DNA of 32,000 nucleotides. Source: Nitrosopumilus oxyclinae. Lineage in GTDB: Archaea; Thermoproteota; Nitrososphaeria; Nitrososphaerales; Nitrosopumilaceae. The stretch covers positions 834,187-866,186 of the forward strand of contig NZ_CP026994.1 of assembly GCF_013407165.1 (NCBI RefSeq), read 5' to 3'. Below the pieces are notes generated by a model that was given only the letters and a program-made list of their open reading frames with translations, was not told the origin of the DNA and searched no databases. Below, piece by piece: positions 9,676-17,529 of the stretch. The position numbers and the translations under genes are program-made. Each line of letters opens with the position of its first letter. Position 1 is the first letter of the stretch.

Positions 9676-9766
9676 TATTGATCGGTTGTAAGTAATTGGT
9701 TTACTCTATTAGACAATATAGATCTAATAGATGATCGCATACTTAGAATGATGCAGGAGGTTTACA

Positions 9767-10015
9767 TTGGTCAGAACTAGAAGGGCCAACAGATATTGTG
9801 TTGATTGTGGAGCAAGATTGGTATATTATCCAAGATTGTCAAATCCTAAAGCACCAAATGAACATAGAGTACTAGTATATGCATGTCCAGATTGCACAGA
9901 TGATTTTGAAAAACCAAAAATGTTCTCAATTAGACGTAATCAAGTAGAAGATCCTTTAGAAACAGTAGAAATTGAAATCACACAACTACAGAAAAAAGTT
10001 ATAGTTGCAAAGTAA
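9767..10015 (+). CDS. Small C4 zinc-ribbon protein
   Basis: 82-aa ORF with an apparent TTG start. The Cys pattern is CVDC-x27-CPDC. I recognise no family. Confidence 0.5.
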   Translation: MVRTRRANRYCVDCGARLVYYPRLSNPKAPNEHRVLVYACPDCTDDFEKPKMFSIRRNQVEDPLETVEIEITQLQKKVIVAK

Positions 10016-10027
10016 AGATGAAAAAGA

Positions 10028-10255
10028 ATGTCATATCCAGAAAAAACTAGAAGCAATGCATGGTTTCTGTTGCCAATTTTCTTTGGAATGATTGGTGGGA
10101 TTATTGCATTTTTTATTTTACGAAAAGATGATCCACATAAGGCAAGAAATTGTTTGTATATCGGTATTGTCTTCATGGTGATTGGCATAATTTTCAATAT
10201 CGTGATTGCATCAACTGTTCCAGGCATAGATTCAGGCTTTAATGTCAACATCTAA
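10028..10255 (+). CDS. Small membrane protein with two TM helices
   Basis: 75-aa ORF. AWFLLPIFFGMIGGIIAFFILRKDDPHKARNCLYIGIVFMVIGIIFNIVI gives two hydrophobic helices joined by a basic loop. Confidence 0.6.
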   Translation: MSYPEKTRSNAWFLLPIFFGMIGGIIAFFILRKDDPHKARNCLYIGIVFMVIGIIFNIVIASTVPGIDSGFNVNI

Positions 10256-10293
10256 GAAATAATTTCTTGTTTTCTAGGTAAAGATAACAGTTA

Positions 10294-10315
10294 TTTCTAA
10301 ACTCGAGTTTAGAAA
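10294..10315. repeat. Palindromic element copy 3 (CTCGAG-centred, perfect 22 bp)
   Basis: tttctaaactcgagtttagaaa lies 39 nt after the stop of 10028..10255. Confidence 0.85.
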
Positions 10316-10382
10316 CATCTTAAATTTAGTATGGTAATTATTCAGATTTAGAATCATATAGTACTAATTTCAAAGATTTCCA

Positions 10383-10832
10383 ATGAGTGCATCAAGGATG
10401 AGAGATAACGTAGAGAGATGGATAATTCATGAAGGATTATCATTTGATGAAGTAAAAAACCCAGAAAATAATTTCCAAATCCTAGTAAAACATGCAGGAC
10501 AGTACGGAATTCCCGTAGAGGTATTTGAGCCAAAGGGGCAACCAGGCATACTAGTAATTGGTGCCAAAGTTGAAATGAAAAATAATCAAATTGCAAGGTA
10601 TTTGGAATTTAGTGCAGAAGAGAAAACAAAATTTGAGAAAAAAGTGAGTGACTACTGCTATTCAATACAGGCAATTAACAAAATTATCACTGAAGATGGA
10701 AAACAAAAAGTCGGAGTCTATGTAGTGATGGATGACAAGGAAAACATCAATCAACAAACAATGCTAGAGGCAATAGATAGCGTATCCGAAAAATACGATA
10801 AAACAGCCAGATTTTTGTTGAAGACCTTTTAA
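10383..10832 (+). CDS. Hypothetical cytoplasmic protein, tentatively archaeal DUF2299-like
   Basis: 149-aa ORF. The family call rests only on my recollection of overall length and composition, so it is weak. Confidence 0.5.
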   Translation: MSASRMRDNVERWIIHEGLSFDEVKNPENNFQILVKHAGQYGIPVEVFEPKGQPGILVIGAKVEMKNNQIARYLEFSAEEKTKFEKKVSDYCYSIQAINKIITEDGKQKVGVYVVMDDKENINQQTMLEAIDSVSEKYDKTARFLLKTF

Positions 10833-11580
10833 AAAAATAGACGATTTATCAGTTCTACGCGGACCTTATATCGAAAATTCACTACAATAGAGTATGATAG
10901 CAACAAAATTTACAACAAAAAATACAACAAACCCAAGTTTTTTAGAAACCCAATTTCTTAAACTCAAGGCATCAAAAAACAAGGCTTTTGTTTTAACAAT
11001 GATTGCAACTTTGGTGGTGTTTGTAAAATGAATATCTGCAATTTGTTATTCAAGCACACAACGAAGAACTTTGAAATCAATGTTAGCATCAATGTCAGCA
11101 AGCTCAGACTTGATGAACCAACTACAAAATGGGAGGCAATTCAGAATTGAATCTCCTCAAAATGATAGACGAAGTTCTTGAGACATATGACAAAAAAGAG
11201 GGCAAATTACATGAATAATTTCTTCAAAGTGATGGGACTAGCATTAGCAGTCCATTTCATTGTAAAGACAGTTCAGAAAGAATTGAAGCAGTAATTGGTC
11301 CACAAGCCATCTTTTTGTCGAAAAAACCCCCCCTTATTTGGGGCAAAATGTGTGTCCAATAATGCACACACAGAGTAAAATCAAAATTTTCCTAAAACTA
11401 GATGATGAAAGAGAGTATGTTACAAATTGATGAATCAGCAATCAATGAAACATTTGCATCTACAAACAACATATTTGATGAATTTAGAATGCTTTCATCA
11501 AGTCTATTTCTTCAAATATTTGACTGGATCACATCAATTTCAGATAACTTTCTAAAATGAGTGATTTTACAAAATTAAGG

Positions 11581-11678
11581 CTAGGCGTTAAACCCCCCCT
11601 GAAAATTTGCATGTTTAGTCACATTGTGAAATTTTCAAAATCAGGCATTTGGAGGGGGGGTGTAACACTTGTGCCTAG
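11581..11678. other. 98-nt extended hairpin with a C7/G7 stem (candidate structured RNA, MITE-like palindrome or protein-binding element)
   Basis: Four segments pair: CTAGGC (11581-86) with GCCTAG (11673-78); GTTA (11587-90) with TAAC (11663-66); C7 (11593-99) with G7 (11654-60); TGAAAATTT (11600-08) with AAATTTTCA (11629-37). About 26 bp pair in total. Confidence 0.5.
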
Positions 11679-11823
11679 ATATAAGATGCAACCCTAATTC
11701 CACCAAGCTCTCCCAGCTAAAGACCCCCAAACTATTGTTGTCGTGCGTAAAAGCTCAACCCCCTAAAAATTAGTAAAAAAAGACCATTTTTAGACAAAAA
11801 TCATTCAATAATTTGAATGGAAA

Positions 11824-12330
11824 TTATTTCAAAACTTTGTAATGTAATTCAACCAGTGCATCATATTCGGTAGTTTTGATCAATTGAAATTTTGTTTCTT
11901 TTTGAATTTTGTTGAATAAGGGGACCCCACTGCCAAGAACGACAGGTATTATTGATAGGATAATTTCATCAATCAAACCAAGATTCATGAAAGTAGTGAT
12001 TATTTCAGCCCCACCTACCAACCAGATATCAGAGCCAGAACTAGTAAGAAGGTTTTTTGTTAATTTTTCAACATCATTTACAAATCGAATATCATTATTA
12101 CTTGAAGTGTCATTTCGAGTAAGCACGTATGATTTCTTGTCTTTGTATGGATATGCCCCAAATGTTAGTATTTGAGAGTAGGTCTTTTTACCCATAATTA
12201 CAGTGTCAATTGATTTGTAAAAATCATCATATCCAGAAGAACATCTTACTGGAAGCCAATCAACACCACCGTCATTTTTTGCAATATATCCATCCAAACT
12301 TGATGCAATGAATAGAACAATCTTCCTCAT
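11824..12330 (-). CDS. Dihydrofolate reductase-like protein (RibD C-terminal domain family)
   Basis: MRKIVLFIASSLDGYIAKNDGGVDWL...TVIMGKKTY...WLVGGAEI is the typical family signature. The start is taken at MRK; the track ORF extends to 12342. Confidence 0.75.
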   Translation of the reverse strand: MRKIVLFIASSLDGYIAKNDGGVDWLPVRCSSGYDDFYKSIDTVIMGKKTYSQILTFGAYPYKDKKSYVLTRNDTSSNNDIRFVNDVEKLTKNLLTSSGSDIWLVGGAEIITTFMNLGLIDEIILSIIPVVLGSGVPLFNKIQKETKFQLIKTTEYDALVELHYKVLK

Positions 12331-12512
12331 AGAAATTATCATGAAATTTTATAGTTAAACTGTTGTTTTATGCAGATGTTTGGCAAATTATTGTAGGTTT
12401 TTGGCAGGTTTTCTGTATGCCTAAAAATTCAATGTGATATTACATCACAAGGAAATATTACTGAAATCCCCCACCTTTTTGATCAAAAATAAAGAAAAGA
12501 AATAGAATTCTG

Positions 12513-13187
12513 TTAGAATCCAGGAGGTTCTGGTGGTTCTGTGTTTTCAGGACCGATGCAAATTGCTTGTAATACATCATCATCAAATACAGGTGTCAAG
12601 TCAAATGGTACTCCAACTCCAACTCCGGTTACAGGATTTGGAACAACAGCAGAATTTCCTGCTGTAAAGTCAGTTGCAGTTCCAGTTACAGACTCTGTAA
12701 ATGAATTAGTGCCTTTTTTCACATTAACTACTTTGATGTTATCCTGATTTGCAACAACTGTTGCAGATGGTTCTTCGAATGTTAATGCGCCTACAGATGC
12801 AATTTGACACAAACTATTTGCTACTGGCTTTACAAGATGTGAATGCCATTCAGGGCCACATAATCCTGCACCTAACTGTTCAGGACTACATAGAGCAAAC
12901 GTGATTGCTGGATCATCAAATTGTTGACCTGCACTATCGTAAGCACCCATGTGAGAAGTAACTGCAATAACATCACCACCTTCAGTGAAAATAGCATATC
13001 CACCAAAGTCACTGCCATCAGTAACAACATCCCCAGCTAGTGAAAATGTAATTTTTTGGTAGGTGTTTTTGTTATCTTTTACCTCTGTGTCTAGAAGACC
13101 AGTAATTGCGTCAGCCATAGGAGATGCAAACATCATTACAGTGAAAACTGCGGCTAATATTGCACCTAAAAGAACTGTTTTTGTCAT
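12513..13187 (-). CDS. Secreted or surface hypothetical protein
   Basis: An ATG at 13187 gives MTKTVLLGAILAAVFTVMMFASPMADA, a signal-peptide-like N-terminus. The body is Gly/Thr/Val-rich with Cys pairs, and the tail is PENTEPPEPPGF. No family recognised. Confidence 0.6.
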   Translation of the reverse strand: MTKTVLLGAILAAVFTVMMFASPMADAITGLLDTEVKDNKNTYQKITFSLAGDVVTDGSDFGGYAIFTEGGDVIAVTSHMGAYDSAGQQFDDPAITFALCSPEQLGAGLCGPEWHSHLVKPVANSLCQIASVGALTFEEPSATVVANQDNIKVVNVKKGTNSFTESVTGTATDFTAGNSAVVPNPVTGVGVGVPFDLTPVFDDDVLQAICIGPENTEPPEPPGF

Positions 13188-13561
13188 TGGTACAATTCCC
13201 AAACATGAGAAATAAAAAATTATCGGCGTCTTATGAAAATATGACAAACATCATTTAATCATAAAAAAAGAACAAAAACCTCAAGACAGAGAACAATGAC
13301 GAATTCGCCTCAAGGCATGTTCAATTATACTAGAACAAATTAGTAGATAATCCTGTGTATGTCAACAAGATTACAATATTGAGTTCCAAAACGGAACCAG
13401 GATCTAGTCATAAATTCCGCCGATTTTAAGTCATTTTGTATAATAATACAATTAGAGTTCAGGCCTTCCCCTCTCACAAGGCGCAATTTTTTGCGTTAGG
13501 TCTGAACTTTTTTTTCAGACTTTGCGTTTCAACTATATACCAAAATTATTACAAAAAATCA

Positions 13562-14047
13562 ATGGGCGGAATTGGAATTGTCATCGTGATCGGAGCAATT
13601 GTAGCTTCAATGGGATTTGCAATGTTCATGTATATCCAATATGAAACAAATTTCATTGAATCAAGTGTAGGAAATCCAGTAGTTGTAGGACCGGTAGAGT
13701 ACGTCATAACATTTGAGGGAACACATAACGGAGATAAAGAAAATACACCTGAAAACACGTTTGTAATGATTGGAATTACTGCAAAAAACATCAGTGATGA
13801 AAAAACAGTGATTTCAGGAGGACAATTCTACTTTGTAGATGACAGAGATCAAAAACATGAAGCATTTTTTGGAGAATTTTCAGCAAATGATTTGTTTTTA
13901 GAAGGACTTGACCCAAACAAACCAATTCAAAGAACAACACAGTTTGATGTTCCATTTGATGAAGAAAAACAATACAAAATAATTATTCGTCCACAAAAAG
14001 ATCAATCAACTGTTGATACAGCTGTTGTTTGTCTTACAAATTGCTGA
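13562..14047 (+). CDS. Membrane-anchored DUF4352-like protein
   Basis: An ATG at 13562 gives MGGIGIVIVIGAIVASMGFAMFMYI, a TM anchor. This is followed by a beta-rich domain (FVMIGITAKNISDEKTVISGGQFYFVDDRDQKHEA) resembling DUF4352. The track ORF starts earlier, at 13436. Confidence 0.55.
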   Translation: MGGIGIVIVIGAIVASMGFAMFMYIQYETNFIESSVGNPVVVGPVEYVITFEGTHNGDKENTPENTFVMIGITAKNISDEKTVISGGQFYFVDDRDQKHEAFFGEFSANDLFLEGLDPNKPIQRTTQFDVPFDEEKQYKIIIRPQKDQSTVDTAVVCLTNC

Positions 14048-14149
14048 TCGATAAATTAAAAAAATCAAAAAAAGTGTCAAATTTTTCTATATAGCGCGTA
14101 GTAATGTGTGACTTTTACAATATAACACCGATGATTTTTGCAAAATTAT

Positions 14150-14533
14150 ATGGCAGTATCTAAAGCCAAAAGAGCCGAAGCAGCTAAAAAAGCAGCAAGA
14201 ACTCGAAAGAGGAATGCAGCTAAAGCAGCAGCAGAGGCATTAAAGGCAGCAGCAGCTCGTAAAAGAAAAGCAGCAGCAACTCGAAGGAAGAATGCAGGTA
14301 AATCTGCACCAAAGAGAAAAGCAGCTCCTAAACGAAAAGCAGCAGCCAAACGAAAAGCAGCTCCAAAGAGAAAGGCAGCAACTAAACGCAGAGCCGCTCC
14401 AAAGAGAAGAACTGCAGCCAAAAAAGCAGCTCCAAAGAGAAAGGCAGCAAAAAGAAAAGCAGCACCAAAACGTAAAGCTGCATCTAAACGCAAAGCCGCT
14501 CCAAAGAGAAAGGCAGCAAAACGTAGACGATAA
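14150..14533 (+). CDS. Highly basic Lys/Ala-rich tandem-repeat protein (histone H1 tail-like low complexity)
   Basis: An ATG at 14150 gives MAVSKAKRAEAAKKAA.... About 11 imperfect repeats of PKRKAA(A/P) follow. Local GC is clearly elevated by GCN/CGN/AAG codons. The shadow ORFs on both strands are artefacts of the repeat. Confidence 0.7.
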   Translation: MAVSKAKRAEAAKKAARTRKRNAAKAAAEALKAAAARKRKAAATRRKNAGKSAPKRKAAPKRKAAAKRKAAPKRKAATKRRAAPKRRTAAKKAAPKRKAAKRKAAPKRKAASKRKAAPKRKAAKRRR

Positions 14534-14579
14534 GCTGTCCTTGCTATCTTTTTTAAATTCACCCTACTGAATGTATTAT

Positions 14580-14603
14580 GTTTCTAAATTCGAATTTAGA
14601 AAC
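14580..14603. repeat. Palindromic element copy 4 (TTCGAA-centred, perfect 24 bp)
   Basis: gtttctaaattcgaatttagaaac lies between the convergent stops of 14150..14533(+) and 14614..15018(-). Confidence 0.85.
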
Positions 14604-14613
14604 ATTTTATTTT

Positions 14614-15018
14614 CTACTCACTCATCTTTAGTTCAGGCAAAACAAAAACCTTGTTTGGTTTTATTTTTAGTATGACTCTTTTTTCATCATCTCGTTTGAA
14701 CGGATAATGATCACGACCCATGTATTGTTGTGTAAGTTTGTCTGCATGTTTGTATTCATAGTCTGGAATTAATTCATCAACAGTTCCACGAATTGTTGTC
14801 ATGTCAAGTGGATTGTCTTTAGACACTACAGATACCGCAACTCTAGGATCACGTAAAACATTTTTGTGTTTTATTCTACCCTCTGCAGTATTTACCAAAA
14901 CATATCCGTCTTCATAATTAGCCCATACAGGTGAAACTTGCGGTGAACCGTCTTTCATAACAGTTGCAATAAAGACAAGGTTTTTTTCTGAAAATAGTTT
15001 TACAACTTTCTCATCCAT
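14614..15018 (-). CDS. Pyridoxamine 5'-phosphate oxidase family protein (PPOX-class, possibly F420- or FMN-dependent)
   Basis: LVFIATVMKDGSPQVSPVW...GYVLVNTAEGRIKHKNVLRDPRVAVSV is the typical split-barrel PPOX signature. Confidence 0.75.
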   Translation of the reverse strand: MDEKVVKLFSEKNLVFIATVMKDGSPQVSPVWANYEDGYVLVNTAEGRIKHKNVLRDPRVAVSVVSKDNPLDMTTIRGTVDELIPDYEYKHADKLTQQYMGRDHYPFKRDDEKRVILKIKPNKVFVLPELKMSE

Positions 15019-15152
15019 CAGTTTTCACTTTTCCGCATTGTTGCAGATGTTTTTCCAACAGTATCCCTTGGAATTGTATTTTTTAGAGATTTTTTGTGTA
15101 TTTTTGCTCCGAGTGCAAAATTTGAGTTGATCGGTTTGAGGTGATTAATCAT
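15018..15152 (-). CDS. Possible 44-aa basic micro-protein, translationally coupled to the PPOX gene
   Basis: An ATG at 15152 gives MINHLKPINSNFALGAKIHKKSLKNTIPRDTVGKTSATMRKSEN. Its TGA overlaps the PPOX ATG (TGATG). It is below the track cutoff. Confidence 0.25.
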   Translation of the reverse strand: MINHLKPINSNFALGAKIHKKSLKNTIPRDTVGKTSATMRKSEN

Positions 15153-15167
15153 TTCAAATTCGTTCAA

Positions 15168-15668
15168 TTATTTTGTACTTGATTTTTCAAGAACATTAGT
15201 CATTGCTCTGTTCATAATCTCCATTACAAGATATTGAGAGTACTCTTCAGATTTCTTACCTTTTGATTTAGTTTTTGGTGTTAATCCTTTGAGAATTTTC
15301 TCAATTTTCGTCGAGGTGTTTGTTATTATTTTTGAATATGTTGAATCAAAATCTGCAGGAGTTTGAAAATCCAACAATTTTGTAGATGTACTGTAGAATT
15401 TTGTAATGGCTCCACGAGATTCCTCAATTCTGGCAATTTCAATTAGCCCAGATGCTTTTAGAATTTCTAAATGATGACGGACAGTAGTTAGTGCTTTTTT
15501 GTATCCTGTCTTTTTTAGAGCAGTAGAAATCTGATCAGCAGATAATGCCTGATGATATAAAATTTCAACTATTTTTGCTCGTGCAGGGTCTTCAATTGCA
15601 CGTGCGTGTCCAACACTTGTTGTAACAGTACGATTAACTTTGATTTGCTTTTCTAGTAACGTAGACAT
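15168..15668 (-). CDS. ArsR-family winged-helix transcriptional regulator
   Basis: ARAKIVEILYHQALSADQISTALKK...TVRHHLEILKASGLIEI is a typical ArsR/SmtB HTH. The C-terminal ~70 aa are unassigned. Confidence 0.75.
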   Translation of the reverse strand: MSTLLEKQIKVNRTVTTSVGHARAIEDPARAKIVEILYHQALSADQISTALKKTGYKKALTTVRHHLEILKASGLIEIARIEESRGAITKFYSTSTKLLDFQTPADFDSTYSKIITNTSTKIEKILKGLTPKTKSKGKKSEEYSQYLVMEIMNRAMTNVLEKSSTK

Positions 15669-15785
15669 ACAGAATTACCTTCAAAAAGCGATCTAAAAGA
15701 TCCGCGTATCATATTTTTTTGTCTAATCGCATCAATTTTTGTATACTATAATAGATGTTGGACTGCTACCATATCCATTGATACC

Positions 15786-15865
15786 AGTACAATAGATATT
15801 GTAGTGCAATCAAAATAATCAGTAGCACTACAATGAATATAGTATAGGATGAATAATTATTGTAG
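15786..15865. promoter_or_regulatory. Cluster of ACTACAAT/ATTGTAGT half-sites upstream of the ArsR-family gene
   Basis: AGTACAAT (15786-93) and ATTGTAGT (15798-805) form an inverted pair with a 4-nt spacer. ACTACAAT (15827-34) and ATTGTAG (15859-65) form a second inverted pair. Confidence 0.4.
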
Positions 15866-16014
15866 CGGTTTTAGAAATTTCAAAAAATATCAAAAAAGGC
15901 AGATCCTGGAAAAGATGTTGTCAAATCACCCTACAGGACAAGATTTTCCAATAGGTCAAAAATAAAAATCGAGTTGAATGTTAACTTCTAGTCAACAATG
16001 AGTTGACAATATCA

Positions 16015-16839
16015 TTACAATGAGTGTCCAGTTAGTTTCTCATATGCAGTAACATAGCGTTCTGTCATTTTTGAAATTATTTCAGCGGGGATTTCGGGTG
16101 CAACGGGTTCACGTCCTGCATCACGTTCATCATCAAACTGTTTTTGATATCCATTTGCAGTTAACCAATCACGTAAGAGTTGTTTGTCATAGGCTTCTTG
16201 TATTTTTCCTACCTCAAAGGAGTCTTTGGGCCACAAGCGGTATTCATCAGGACCAATTGAATCACCTAATGTAATTTTACCATCCAATAATCCAAACTCT
16301 AATTTCAAATCAGCCAGAATAAATCCAACACCGTCTGCAATTTGCGCCATCTTTTTGTAAATGTCAATTGAAGTTTTTTCTAACCAGGCATATTGTTCTT
16401 CAGAAACAAGTTTCATCTCCAATGCTTTTGCTTTGTTTATTGGAATATCATGTTCAGATTTCGTTGTAGGATCAAATAGAGGCTCAGGGAGTTTTGCAGC
16501 CAATGTGGTATCTGTACCTTCAGGTAAAGTAACCTCACCTTTTTTCCATCTGCTAACTAGACTGCCATAAAAATACCCACGAACTACACATTCGATTGGC
16601 AACATCTTCATTTTTTTAACAATGATTTCAGTGTCTGATTCTCGTCTGATAAAGTGATTAGGTACAGATAATTCGTTAAACCAAAACTCTGCAAATTTAC
16701 AAAGAATCTCACCCTTTCGTGGAATATCTTGTTTGAACTTTACATCAAAAGCAGAAACCCTATCTGAGAATTTGAACAAAATACTGGATTCATCAACATC
16801 ATAAAGATCCTTTACCTTGCCACTTGTTAGAAACTTCAA
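16015..16839 (-). CDS. purC: Phosphoribosylaminoimidazole-succinocarboxamide (SAICAR) synthase
   Basis: GKVKDLYDV..ILFKFSDRVSAFDV...DLKLEFG...DEYRLW are typical PurC motifs. The start is an apparent TTG. Confidence 0.92.
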   Translation of the reverse strand: MKFLTSGKVKDLYDVDESSILFKFSDRVSAFDVKFKQDIPRKGEILCKFAEFWFNELSVPNHFIRRESDTEIIVKKMKMLPIECVVRGYFYGSLVSRWKKGEVTLPEGTDTTLAAKLPEPLFDPTTKSEHDIPINKAKALEMKLVSEEQYAWLEKTSIDIYKKMAQIADGVGFILADLKLEFGLLDGKITLGDSIGPDEYRLWPKDSFEVGKIQEAYDKQLLRDWLTANGYQKQFDDERDAGREPVAPEIPAEIISKMTERYVTAYEKLTGHSL

Positions 16840-17036
16840 ACAATTATGCCTGAAATTGATAGAATTTAACTGCTAGGGCAAGGTCAATTTTCCATTAAAA
16901 GATTGAAGAAACTAGTTTGAATTGTAAAGAGAAAAACAAGATCTATAGATATAGAGATTATTTTAAAATAATAAAAAATTGAGATATGTGAAGGAGAATA
17001 AACTCCCCCACATTTTTGAAGGAGAAATTCTATGGC

Positions 17037-17219
17037 TTATGCCAGTGATGCTACCGTATGGCATAGAATCTCCTCACTGTACATGCATTGACTGTGAAAT
17101 CTAACTTCTGTGGGATTTGTGCATTTTGTACAAAAAAGTTGGAGGGGTTGATTGCAATGAAAACATTGCTTTTCAACATCCAACTCCCCTCCACACACTC
17201 TACACAAAGTGTCTGGCAT
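17037..17219 (-). CDS. Cys-rich mini-protein, paralog 1 of 3 (two predicted zinc sites)
   Basis: 60-aa ORF with C6, C9, C19, C22, C30, C33, H42 and C45, spaced identically to 18372..18557 and 20785..20967. It starts 3 nt after the stop of the upstream TM micro-protein. Confidence 0.7.
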   Translation of the reverse strand: MPDTLCRVCGGELDVEKQCFHCNQPLQLFCTKCTNPTEVRFHSQCMYSEEILCHTVASLA

Positions 17220-17222
17220 TTT

Positions 17223-17381
17223 CTACCACCATGAAACGAGTTGGTAAATATCACCAGTTAGAAATGCAGTTGCGATTCCTGCACCAATGGGCATTCCCAT
17301 TGCTATGCACAGAAGATCAAACTTCACCACTTTCTTAAATGGTGCATGTACCATTTTGTCCCAAGAACTGATTTTTTGCAT
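17223..17381 (-). CDS. Single-TM micro-protein, paralog 1 of 2
   Basis: An ATG at 17381 gives MQKISSWDKMVHAPFKKVVKFDLLCIAMGMPIGAGIATAFL.... The core WDKMVHAPFKKVVKFDL is identical to 20529..20678 but is encoded with 12 synonymous differences. Confidence 0.75.
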   Translation of the reverse strand: MQKISSWDKMVHAPFKKVVKFDLLCIAMGMPIGAGIATAFLTGDIYQLVSWW

Positions 17382-17529
17382 GTTGTTCACCTCAAGGGAA
17401 GTTTCTCCTCCCAATCCTCCATTTGGAAATAATTTCTTCAGGATATGAAGAAACTTTTTCCACGGAAGATTTGACAGACTCTTTGAACTGATTGATTGAT
17501 GAAATGGTTTTCATTGTATCACCCTCCAA

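Noticed and set aside
9940-10596. ORFs 9940..10251(-) and 10354..10596(-).
   Set aside because: They are antisense to the two-TM membrane protein gene and to the 10383..10832 gene respectively. No motifs are present, and the sense-strand ORFs are more protein-like.
11401-11450. A possible C/D-box sRNA: ATGATGA at 11401 and TGATGA at 11429.
   Set aside because: Box C and C'-like sequences are present. However, no CTGA D or D' boxes occur at the required ~12-nt guide spacing, and there are no terminal complementary ends. The segment is also the start of a 52-codon ORF.
10860-11820. Three alternative readings of the ORF-poor region: a CRISPR array, an RNase P or SRP RNA gene, or a TGA-recoded gene.
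   Set aside because: There are no regularly spaced direct repeats, so it is not a CRISPR array. I could not find the conserved RNase P motif (GAGGAAAGTCC-like) or SRP helix-8 motifs. In-frame stops are of mixed types and the reading frame changes, so simple TGA readthrough does not restore a long ORF.
14146-14570. ORFs 14146..14562(-) and 14292..14570(+), which overlap the Lys/Ala-repeat gene.
   Set aside because: They are alternative-frame or antisense readings of the same tandem repeat (AAFLFGAA... and QREKQ... repeats). The GCN/AAR periodicity keeps all frames open. The forward Lys/Ala frame has the ATG and a sensible context.
9505-14603. An att-site duplication of the tRNA-Asn 3' end that would mark an integrated element.
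   Set aside because: By eye, I found no second copy of the tRNA 3' segment (TTCAAGTCTGGTGGGAGGCG) in the window. No integrase-like ORF is present either.
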